Source: Eledone cirrhosa
Taxonomy: Eukaryota
Length of the DNA: 64,000 bases
Reading direction: 5' to 3'
NCBI GenBank assembly: GCA_964016885.1
Contig: OZ024743.1
Location: forward strand, 157,232,001-157,296,000
The stretch's first letter is position 1; each line of letters begins with the position of its first letter. Positions 53,322-64,000 of the stretch are shown piece by piece. The notes beneath the pieces were generated by a model. It searched no databases and was not told the DNA's origin. It saw only the letters and a program-made list of their open reading frames with translations. Made by a program: the position numbers and the translations under genes.

Positions 53322-55770
53322 TCAGGTTATAAATTGGGTGTTGAGCTCTAGTCTATTATTGATTGGTGGATCTGTTCTATCTATAATAAGTGCTTCCTTA
53401 AATCTAAGATTGCCGAGGTTTCTTTCCTTAGTTTCTATCCTAACTGTTATGTTTTTATCGGTGTTTTTGCATTTAACTAGGTGTTTCTTAAATGAGGAAG
53501 CGTTAGTATTGAGGTGTTCTTTTATTCTTATGTGGAGTGGTCTGGTGGTGCTACCTACGTAGAAGTTGTTGCATTTGTCACACTCTAGTCTGTATACTAC
53601 GTAAGCCTGGTGGCATAGGTCTGTGTCGTTGATGGGGCAGTTGGCTAGTCTGCAGCAGTTGTCATGTCTGGTGGAGTGTCTCTTAGCCAGCCGTCCGCGC
53701 AAAGAAGGACCCGAGTGGGCCAGTTGAATATCCAGATCCTCTCGTCTGATGGCTCTGCGGATGGCTGTTGTTGTTTCTTCACTGAAGTGTGGGAGCTTCA
53801 GGAAGCAAGTGTTAGTGCCTCGGGTGTGGTGTCCTCTGTTCTTTCTGGCACGGTTTGTGGTGGATGTCGTGTATCCGTTCAGTTTGAGTACTTCCAGGAA
53901 ATGTGTGGTGTGTGTGTCTCGGTCTCTGGTGTCGGTGCATTTGTTCTTGATACGTGCCAGTTCGTTCTTTATGTATCCGAACTTGGCACCGAGTGGGAGG
54001 GCCGATCTGAAATGTACGAACAGGTCCCTGCTGGCGGATTTTTCATAGAAGCAGGTGTGGATGTTGCCTTCCTCTGTTACCCTGAGTTGGAAGTCCAGCA
54101 GGGATAGGGATCCGCGGTCATCGGGGTGTTCCATGCTGAACTTTATACTGGCGTCCATGCTGGAGAATGTTGTGTATATTTTCTCTGCCTCCTCACGGGA
54201 TGATGTAAGGATGAGTATGTCATCTACATATCGGGTGAAGAAGGCATGGGAATGGCAGGTGTTGAGGGCTCGGCATTCTAGCTGGTTCATGTAAGTGATG
54301 GCCAGCAGGCCCGAGAGGCTGGATCCCATGGGTAATCCTGTTGTCTGTCTGTATGTGTGGTGGTGGAAGGTGAAGTACGTGTTGTCTACTGTGAAGGACA
54401 AAAGCTGGTGTATGTCCGTCGGGTGGAGGCCGTAGCAGTGGATGTTCTCTGCGACCACGCAGTCCGTCAATAAATCGACAGCTGGGTGAGCGGGGACTGT
54501 AGTGTAGAGGGAGACAACGTCGAGGCTAAAAGCGTATTTATTAAGTTTAAGTTGTTCTGGCTGGAGTTGGTGTAATCTACGTATAACTTCGTCGGAGCTA
54601 CTGACATGTCCGGGGAAGGTGGAGAGTAGAGGCTTCAGGACCTGGGAGAGAAGCCAGGAAATTTTGTATAGGGGTCCTTCTATGCTAGAGACGATGGGTC
54701 TTATATGCGTCTTAGTGCTATTCTTGTGGGTCTTGATGAGGTGGTAGAAAGTGGGCAGTCTGCTATTTCAAGTGGTGTAGTTGAGTTTAATTTTATTCGG
54801 GAGTTGTCTTCTCCTACAGATATCGAACCAAATGGAGTTGGTCTGTTTTTCGATTTGGGCTGCGGTCATGTCCGGGATCACTGTGTACAGTTAACTGTCG
54901 CTTAGGTGTTCGAAGGCTAGGTTATTGTATGTGGCTTGAGAGATGACGCAGAACTCTTTACCTTTGTCGGATGGTAAGAAAATAAGTTCCTTATTCTGTA
55001 GGTTCTTCATGGCGAGTTGTTGTGTCCTGGAGAGGTTAGGGGCCATCTTCTTCTGTTTCCGTAAGATGTTAAATACGGAATGTTTTAGTCTCGAGAGTTT
55101 TTCTTCCAGCTCGCGGTTGGCGGACGGTGGATAGAGTGGGCGATCTAGTTGGTATATCGGGAATCTGGGTGTGGTGGATTCCGTGGTGTTGTTGTCGAGA
55201 GTCGATATCCATTTCAGTTGGTAGGCAGTCCGACAGAAATTCGTTTCTATGTCGAGCCATAGTCTGTCGTCCAGTCTCTGTTTCAATATGAACTTGGGAC
55301 CCAGGCTGAGGAGGTCTAATTCCTCTCGGGAGAGGGATCCTGTCAAGTCTGTGACGAGGTGTTTTGTGTCAGGTGTGTTGTTGGTCGGGGTGCCGCTAGG
55401 TTCGGTGTTGGTAACGTATTGTTCGCCTCTGTTGGTGTTTAGCGTTGGGATGTTGTTAAGACAGTTGGCCGTCCTGAGTTTGAGAAATTTTTGTGTTAGG
55501 CGTATTTTCTCGTAGTCTCGGCGGTGGTGGTATGACCTGTCTATAGTGGCGGAGATGACCTTGGACAGAGGTTCTGGGGTTTCAGCGAGTTGTGGTACAA
55601 GGCTGGAGATAGTCCGTATGTGATGTTGTAGCGTGCGGTGTAGGTGTTGTATGAGTTTTCTTAGGCAGAATTTTTGTATGTAACTGAGTGATCGTTTGAG
55701 GCCTGGTGATTTGAAGCATGTTGGTAGGTGCACATTTTTGATGGTTTTGGGGATGATGTTGTTATTCAGG
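53322..55770 (-). mobile_element. Penelope-like element (RT + GIY-YIG), frameshifted; 5' end abuts (TA)n
   Basis: LLSLGPKF, LPSDKG, LDVVSLY (manual), GLPMGSSLS, RYVDD, VVYRLEC...FYVGST. Confidence 0.9.
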
Positions 55771-55894
55771 CATATATATATATATATAGGTGCAATGACA
55801 TGCATCTTTTCGTGAATGACATATTTCTTTAGTACACAATTATTTGTATGACTGCGTTGTTTCTCTTTTCCATCAGTTTCTCTTTTCCATCAGT

Positions 55895-58800
55895 TGCATG
55901 TGTAGATATGGATGTTATTATATGTGTGGATGTGTATCTTTTGAGTTGTATGTGTGCATGTGTATATGCTTTGTATCTGTAGATGTGTATATGCAGTTAT
56001 TAGATGCAACATTTTTGGAATGTTTTACATATTTTTACTGTTCCATTAATGGATTGTACTTGTAATTTCCTAACTAGTTGTGTTCTTTCTGTTCCTGTGA
56101 AGCCTAGCTTCTCAATATTTGTATTGAGGCAGTTACTAACATATCCCAGTGCCCCAATAATGACAGGCATAAATCTGAAGGTGTAATCAGGGTTGAGTAT
56201 CTGCAGATTTCTCATCAGTTCTGCATACATATTCTCTTTTTCACTAATCTTTGATATTATATTGGCATCTGCTGGGCAGCTAATTTCCACTACTGTGCAT
56301 GTTTTCTTCTCCCTGTCCCATATCATAATATCTGGTCTGTTATGCCTGCATTTTATTGGGGTTTTACTGGAACATTCCACCAGTACTCTTTCATATTATG
56401 TACATGGATGTCTTCCACATTGTTGTACCTTTTAATGTGTTTATTATCGGGGCTATCTTTTTTACGAACTGCATTGTACAGTGTGTTGGCCACTACATCA
56501 TGCCTCATAGATAGATAGTACCGCGATGACATCTTTGGGCAGCTGCTGATGACATGGGTAATATCCTCGATGTTAGTTCTGCAGAGTCTGCACTTGTTAT
56601 CACATCTAGGTGTTTTGCCTGCATCCCTATCTCTTTTGTGAATCAGGTATTTCGTGCTAATCTCCTGTTCTTGGATTGCAAAAGCGTATCCTTCAAAGTA
56701 GGAGCCAATATAGCTGTTGTTGGTCCAAGATAGACTACTTTCCTTATCTATATTACTCTCACTCTGGAGCTTCCTGGCAACATATCCATGCAAGCTTTTT
56801 TGCTGATAGGCATGCAGTTTTTCATCAATGGATTCACTGCGATACTACTGAGTGACATCCCTGGGTGTGAGTTTTTGATTATCACACTGGGAATATCTCT
56901 CAAGGAGTTCCTTCCCAACTGTTATGATCTTATCTGTTTCATGCAGATAGACTTGCTCGAGAAGCGGGCTCCTACGCTTCGAGGTTCGTAGATGTTGTCG
57001 GAGAGATATGATGCGACATTCAAATTTTGTTTGGACTGATGTTAGCCCTCTGCCTCCCTGCTTACGTTTCAAGTAAAGGCGGTCTATGTCACTGTTGATG
57101 TGGAAGTTTCCGGAGTTGTTCAGTAATTTTCGAGTTCCAACATCAACTGCTCGGATTTCGTCTATCGTCCAATTGAGTATTCCAAATCTTGGTGTTAGGA
57201 CAGGCACAGCAAACACATTGTTAGCCACTATTTTGTTTTGCGCAGAGAGTTCCTATGACCAGATCTTTCTAAATCGGGTGTAGTATTCCCTGGTTACGCG
57301 TTCTTTATTACAGATACCATTATAGGATATGTTCTCATCTATCCCCAGATATATGTAGCAGTCCTCATCAAATATCGGTGAAACAGTTAGACCATTGATG
57401 ACAATGCTGTTTTTCCCCGCTTTACAGTCATGTTTGAGCACTTATCTTGGCCAAACTCCATTCCTATATCCTTTGAGAACGATGTAACCAGGTCAAGATT
57501 ATTCTTCATCCCATCCATGTACTTGGCATAGAGTTTCAGATCGTCCACAAAGAAGTTATGGGTTAGGTTTCTATTTCTGTCCTCCTGTGAGCCAATGATG
57601 TATCCTTGACATTTCTTGAGCAGAAAGAACAAGGGGTTTAGTGACAAGATGAACAATATCACAGAGAGACTGTCCTCCTGAAATATACCCCTGCAATATT
57701 TTATTTTATCAGTGAAAATAGAGTCCTCCCTCTCTGTCTTTACCCTTAGGATAGTAGCCCAAGAAGAAGACAGCCTCTCTATGGCTCTGACAATAATGTC
57801 TGGGACTTTAGCAAGTTGGAGGGCCTCTATCATCCAAGAGTGGGGAACAGAATCGAAAGCTTTCTTGTAGTCCAGCCAGACTGTAGCCATATTCCTCCTA
57901 AGTTGTCGCACCTCGGACATCGCAGTTTTGTTGATTAAGAGTTGTTCAGCACATCCCCAAACCCTTTTCTTTCCAGCTGCTTGTTCATCTGTGATCATGT
58001 TATTATTTTCACAGTGATCTTGGAGGAATAGATTCAGGCAGGCTGTATACATCTTATACATCAGGTTCTGGCATGCAATGGGTCGGTAGTTTTATGCCAA
58101 GTGGGTGTCTTTGTTCTTGGGGACCAGTAACGTTTGTGCTAATGTCAACCATTCTGGTATAAGTGTATCTCCCTTAAGAACTTGTTGGTAGAGGTAAGTA
58201 AGATACCTCCGATAGAATATTAGTTCTTTGTACCAGTAGCCGACAATCATGTCTCTTCCTGGTGTTTTCTTATCTTGGAGTTTTCCTATCACCGTCTCAA
58301 GGGTACCCTCATTTATTTCGTATGTTTTTGTTGTAGTGTAGGAGCAATAGTTCTTTCGGATTTCTCTTAGCCACACTGCATCTTGGTTGAAATTCTTCTT
58401 TTCACCCCATATTTCTCTCCAAAAGGAATCCATGTCTTTCTGGGATGGGGCCTCAGTGACACTTATTATTTTGCCCTTCATATCTCTATAGACTGATGTT
58501 TGGTTTCGTTTGAATCTTTTATTAAGCATTTTTCTCTCATCTACCTTCTTCAGGTATCGGTATTTTTCGCTAACAGCTCTCAATTCTTGTTTGAGGGTGA
58601 TCAGCTTATATTGGAGAGTTCTGGTTCTACTGTTACCAAACATCGTCTCTATTTTATTTTTCACTCTTTGTTGGTGAGGAGTGAGGTTGTTTGTGTTTGT
58701 TTGCATGTAAGGAGCATTATCACATGTCCTATGTTTTTTCGTAGGTCAGCACTCTTTTTTTCTATTTTAGTTATATATGATGGTATTTTGGGTGGTGTTT

Positions 58801-59140
58801 TGTTCTTGTTAATATATCTGCTATCACCAAGATAATGCTTCACTGCCATTGCTAAGGCATATAAACAGGCGTTGATTTGCCAAAATGTTGGGGTTTTTAT
58901 CCGTCGTAAATATTCATCCCCTATTTCGTCAATAACACGTAGTATTTCATTATTTGTTTTTTTATTCACCATTGTCATTTTAACACGTTCAGCCAGAGAG
59001 ATATTTATACATGAGTCAATTTCTCTCTGGAAGATTTCGTTGAGGGAAATTTTCAATTGTTTATACTTTTGATTATCATTGTCGATAGTATTTTCCACAA
59101 CAGTCGAGGTAGACTCGGATGGTATACGTGGTGTCACATT
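55895..59140 (-). mobile_element. R4/Dong-like RLE LINE (copy C), closely related to copy B; 5' side adjoins (TAA)n
   Basis: LDYKKAFDSV, FVDD, YLKRKQGGRGL, MHG, CRLC...HVISSC, RHD, RPDI...VEISCP. Confidence 0.9.
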
Positions 59141-59146
59141 TATTCG

Positions 59147-59190
<44 letters not shown>

Positions 59191-59829
59191 GTATGTATGT
59201 ATGTATGTATGTTCAGCGCATCGGTAGGGGTTCTCCTACATGGATATAAAGTAGTGGCCGTACTCGAAAACGAGTTGGCAGCCACCATGTATGTATGTAT
59301 GTGTTTATGCGTGACTGAATTAAACAATTTAATAACGCATTCATTATATTTCTATTCCTCGAGTAATATCCCATTTCGTAATTTTCCATAAAATTATGCA
59401 TATTTCAGAAATGGAATGGCGGTTGAATGTGAAAATAATAAATATAAATATAAAACAACTGTGAAGTGTGGAAATTTCATGATTTAAATGTATTCTTAAC
59501 AATATATATATTCATTTTTTAGAGCTGTGAGCACGCATAACAACACACGAAGGCATATATTTGCTTCTAATATAATTAATATATCCATTAAAGGCAGATC
59601 AAGTGCATCCTATTTCTTTGGTGCTCTAATAAATAATAAAATCATTCGTCAATGAACCTCTATGAACTTCAAACAATGCTTAAAGGCTATATTTTCACAA
59701 ATTCATTTGTAAACATTAGTAATTTACAGTATATTAACTAAAATGTCGTATAATGTCCTAATGCTCTTAACTGTTTCTTTAAGAATGATGTTTGTTGTTG
59801 TTTGTTTGTGTGAATGAATATTCCTATAA

Positions 59830-60011
59830 GTATAATTGTTTCTAATTTTGGCACTAGGCCAGCAATTATCTCAGTGTATTACTGGTACTTTTTTTATAGA
59901 CCCCGTAAGGATGAAAGGCAAAGTTAACATTGGCGGGATTTGAACTCAGGCCAGAAAGGGCCGTAACTCTCTGCTGCAAAGCATGGCGACCGACCCTCTA
60001 CCGATACTGCC
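59830..60011 (-). mobile_element. tRNA-derived SINE
   Basis: Full-length match to the other copies. Confidence 0.85.
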
Positions 60012-60847
60012 TATGAGTATAATGCGATTTTATAAGGGTTTATAAGGTTTAGCGACTGCATATCTGATATGATATCAAGAAAAAGGAATTATTCTTGGTA
60101 CCATCTTGTTTACATTTTAATATACTCGAGAGAATTTTGAAAATTGGGATTATCACACCAGATTGCCATTAATTAGGTGCCTTTTCAGAGATCCAGGCCA
60201 CCCGGCACACACGAGTCTTCCAGAGAATAGCTTCTCTATGTAAGGCTTTTAACATCTCGGGCCGGATTTCATTTTCCCTGGCGGCCTTGCCGCATTCAAG
60301 CTCTTTATCTGCTCTTGTGACCTCCTTCCTTGAGGGTGGCCGACCGGAGTAGAAGCTGCTAAATGTTCGGTCGCCCTCGTGTCTCTGATTTTCAGCCCCA
60401 TGGAATTGGTCTATTATATTCCTTTGTTATATTTCGAATACCTCATGATGTCACGGGATTCATACTAAACCCGGTCATTGAAATGACAATAGCATAATAA
60501 ACCTTTTAAGGAACTACACCTGTCCAGCCTCTTGTTATTTTATAATAATTAACTCCGTACTCGCACCACGAATTACACAACCTAATGCAACTCATCCGTC
60601 TTCGTTGTCAATAATGGTTGCCGTTAGGACTATTATTGACAGACTGGAGCACAGAAACTGCGTATCTGTCCGGGTTTATGTGATATACAAATATCATTAT
60701 CTAAACGAAGTCGTTTAACTAACTGATTAAGGTATGAGGTAACTCTGATTAATGGGCTTGCATTTCTAACAAACAAACCTTATCGTACCATTGAGTATGA
60801 AAGTGACGACAGGAGTTGTAATAATTCTGTTTGACTAGCTTCGTAAA

Positions 60848-60884
<37 letters not shown>

Positions 60885-60891
<7 letters not shown>

Positions 60892-61075
60892 TTAGGTTTG
60901 TTGGTTCACCACTGGATAGAACTGGTCATTCCGTATGTCAATCTCGATGTAATATTATGGAGAGCACTCAACCTAATGCAACTCACCCGTCTTCGTTTGA
61001 GTGCTCTCCATAATATTACATCGAGGTTGACATACGGAATGACCAGTTCTATCCAGTGGTGAACCAACAAACCTA

Positions 61076-61082
<7 letters not shown>
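60885..61082. repeat. Palindrome with ~85-bp arms and ~25-bp spacer, between (TA)n tracts
   Basis: taggtttgttggttcacc...gcactcaa mirrored by ttgagtgc...ccaacaaaccta. Confidence 0.85.
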
Positions 61083-61118
<36 letters not shown>

Positions 61119-61119
61119 T

Positions 61120-61214
<95 letters not shown>

Positions 61215-61215
<1 letters not shown>

Positions 61216-62074
61216 AATATACACCCATCAATATCTGAATTTTAAGTCGTGCCATCCACCTCATACAAAACGCAACATCCCATACTGCCTAGCCAGAAGA
61301 ATTTGTACCATTGTAGAACATACGAATACCAGGTACAAACGTCTAACAGATCTAAGAGAATTTTTGCTCAAACAAAAATATCCATCTCTACTTATAGAAA
61401 ATGGCATACAGCGGGCTATAAAAATACCTAAACAACAACTTAGGACAACCCAAGGAAGAAGAAACCAAGAACTGGTCATACCATTTATAATGACACACAA
61501 CCCATGTCACCAGAATATCTTCAACACTGCCAAAGCAAAGCTACCGATCATTGCTCAAAGTAATGAATTGAAAGGCTTAATCACAGATCGATCTTTGACT
61601 CTTAGTAAAAGACAGCCAAAAAATTTGAAGCAATTACTAACAAAAGCAGAGTTTGACCTTAACAACAAAGACCAATCATTCACTGTATCTAAATGCAATG
61701 ATAGTCGATGCGGCACATGTCAATGCATACACGCCGGTCAATATATGAAAACAAAAACTGGAAAAATATTCCCAAATGCAAATATGAACCGCAAAAGCAG
61801 AAATCTAATTTACTGCATTAAATGCCCGAATTGTGAAGAACTGTATGTCGGTCAAACTGGAAATGCACTATCGGAACGTGCACGGGTACACCGTCAACAA
61901 ATCAGAGACCCAAATGTCCGTCAGATACCCTTAAGTAACCATCTAGCAACATGTAGTCAGGGAATATTTATAATATTCCCATTCTACAAATTACACAGCC
62001 CAAGTGAAATCAAGAGAAAAATCAAAGAAAAAAATGTTATTGATAAATTCAAACCCAAGCTAAATGAACAATAA
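61215..62074 (+). pseudogene. 5'-truncated PLE (Neptune-like linker + GIY-YIG)
   Basis: SKRQPKNLKQLL, CNDSRCGTC, NLIYCIKCPNCEELYVGQT...RVHRQQI. Confidence 0.85.
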
Positions 62075-62453
62075 TAACGCTTAGGGGTATTACTTCTACT
62101 ACCACTATGACTACGACCACTAACAACAACAACAACAACAATAATAATAATAATAAAAGTGATGTTGATGGTGATGATTAATAGAAAATGCTATTTTCAT
62201 CATTTCTAAAAATAGCAAAACAATTGATGCTGTGGATATGATTATTGGTCGTTAGACATGCTCAACCAGCAGTGACCCTTAAACCAATCAGCTTTAGTAA
62301 TTTCAGTGAAACTACACACTGATTGGTCGAAATACAGTTTACAGGGCTTAGCATTCTGGAGCCACTTTTCTCTGTATAAAATGTATAAAAGGTAGGAAAT
62401 TTACCCATCTTATTACAGTTGAAAATTGCAAACTTGACTGTCACCACATATTA

Positions 62454-62492
62454 TGAACCTGAAGATTGCGAAAGCATGAAAGTACTTGTTCA
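62454..62492 (+). ncRNA. Minimal hammerhead in the PLE 3' UTR (family J)
   Basis: TGAAC-CTGAAGA-T-TGC gaaa GCA-T-GAAA-GTAC-TT-GTTCA; perfect helix I, palindromic helix III. Confidence 0.82.
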
Positions 62493-62611
62493 ATTAACAC
62501 TTAGAATTTAATACGCTATCATACTATTTCATTATAATACCATTATATATTTTAAAGGATTGTAAATAAAACGAGTAAATCAGACAAAGTTGGAATTCCT
62601 CTTATTAATAT

Positions 62612-62754
62612 ATTAGAAAGTGAGGTTTTTTTTACAAAATGAAAAATAACCGAGGTGTCCTACACGAGTGAAAGTATAAAGAAAAAGAGATGAAATCGAA
62701 AATGCAACTGGAGTCTTATTTTTTTTTTAGATATATATATTTATTTGGTTCCTT
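62612..62754 (-). mobile_element. Solo 3' tail of family A
   Basis: Near-identical to 458-601; flanked by TA-rich sequence. Confidence 0.85.
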
Positions 62755-63742
62755 ATATATATATATTGGTTTACGAAGCTAGTCAAACAGAATCATTACA
62801 AATCCTGTCGTCACTTTCATAATCAATGGTACGATAAGGTTTGTTTGTTAGAAATGCAAGCCCATTAATCACAGTTAACTCATACCTTAATCAGTTAGCT
62901 AAACGACTTCGTTTGGATAATGATATTTGTATATCACATAAACCCGGACAGATAAGCAGTCTCTGTGCTCCAGTCTGTCAATAATAGTCCTAACGGCAAC
63001 CATTGTTGACAATAGTTAGGTAATGTCTGCAGATATTCCATAAGTTGGTGCTGGAAAGCACGTGCTCAGCGGGCGATCACCTCCCACGAATGGAAAAGAT
63101 TGTTTAAAACAGGCATGTCAAACATGCGGCCCTTTAAAACCACACCTTCGGTCCACACAAAGGCTTTTTCATAGCCTGGGCATGTTTCATTTACGTAATA
63201 TAGAATTTTAAAAATGTGTTGTAATGTGCACAGTTAGCTTTCGTGTGTGGGCCTCAGACAACACATATGTGACCCATGTGGCCCTTGGGGTGACCCTCAG
63301 TTTGAGACGCTTGGCTTAGAAGTTTCATACAATTCCAGTCGATGACATCACACGGTTAGCAGTTTCAGACCTCTTCTCACACGTGACTACTCTCAAAGAT
63401 GAGGTCGGTCGAAAACTGGCTATTGTTAGGGAACACGTTTGTGGGACATAAAAAAGAAAAAACTGAATATAACTCAAAGCTTTCAACAAGGCTACTTATG
63501 TAAAGAGCAATGACAGAGTTGCAAAAAAAATACATATATAAATTGAAATATAATAAATAAAAAGTTCCGCTTACAAAAAGATACCGATCTATTACCCGGG
63601 AGATTAGATACATATTTGTTTATCTCAGTCCGTTAGTTTAAAATCCAGATGTTTGTTTCGTTGTTATTGATTTTCAAAGCTTTTCGCCACACATTGCTTG
63701 GGTTAGTAGAGTGGGTAATATGAAAAAAATTCGTATATATAC

Positions 63743-63871
63743 ATATTTAATGTAGAGAGGCTTCTACAGGACTAGAACTTTTTCATTCCGGAGAAATCAT
63801 CAGGAAGCCCTGATGATTTCTCAGGAATGAAACAGTTCTAGTCCCGTAGAAGCCTTTCTACATTAAATATT
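63743..63871. repeat. Palindrome whose arms each carry a hammerhead-like core (family K)
   Basis: CTGATGA-T-TTC tcag GAA-T-GAAA-CAGTTCTAGTC from 63810, mirrored on the left; the helix I 5' strand is missing at the centre. Confidence 0.6.
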
Positions 63872-64000
63872 TATACTCTGCTTTGAATACCTTACTTAAT
63901 GTAATACCCCCAATAGAACCCGGGATAAACTTATATATATACATATATATATAGACTGGAGTATGTGTGTATATATGTGTGTGTCTATACGTGTGTATAT

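Larger units (their letters stand above)
60604..63012. repeat. ~245-bp inverted repeat pair (60604-60849 / 62767-63012)
   Basis: 62767-63012 is the reverse complement of 60604-60849 with scattered substitutions; inner ends abut (TA)n. Confidence 0.8.

Noticed and set aside
60637-60670. GACAGA-CTGGAGCACA-GAAACTGCGTA-TCTGTC
   Set aside because: No CUGANGA core or helix II, and the mirror copy lacks GAAA.

Overview
AT-rich, microsatellite-dense eukaryotic (animal) DNA. The tRNA-derived SINE family resembles the abundant octopus SINE, so a cephalopod origin is inferred but not proven. No host protein-coding gene can be supported, and the window is almost entirely retroelements. It contains one near-intact Naiad-type Penelope-like element (PLE; RT + GIY-YIG, 7506-13333), four other PLE remnants, a CR1-group LINE, a Tx1/L1-like remnant, four R4/Dong-like RLE LINE copies, RTE fragments, a Tc1 fragment, Helitron-like termini and eight SINE copies. 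The main observation is about ten apparently unrelated sequence families carrying minimal type I hammerhead ribozyme (HHR) motifs, read by eye. Several are short non-coding tandem units (about 400, 477 and 591 bp). Two families use the compensatory U3-A8 core. Most are inserted in (TA)n as palindromes whose two 3' ends point outward, the same architecture as the autonomous Naiad. This suggests a PLE-mobilised community of ribozyme-bearing non-coding retroelements (retrozyme-like). All structures were paired manually, with no folding or database search.
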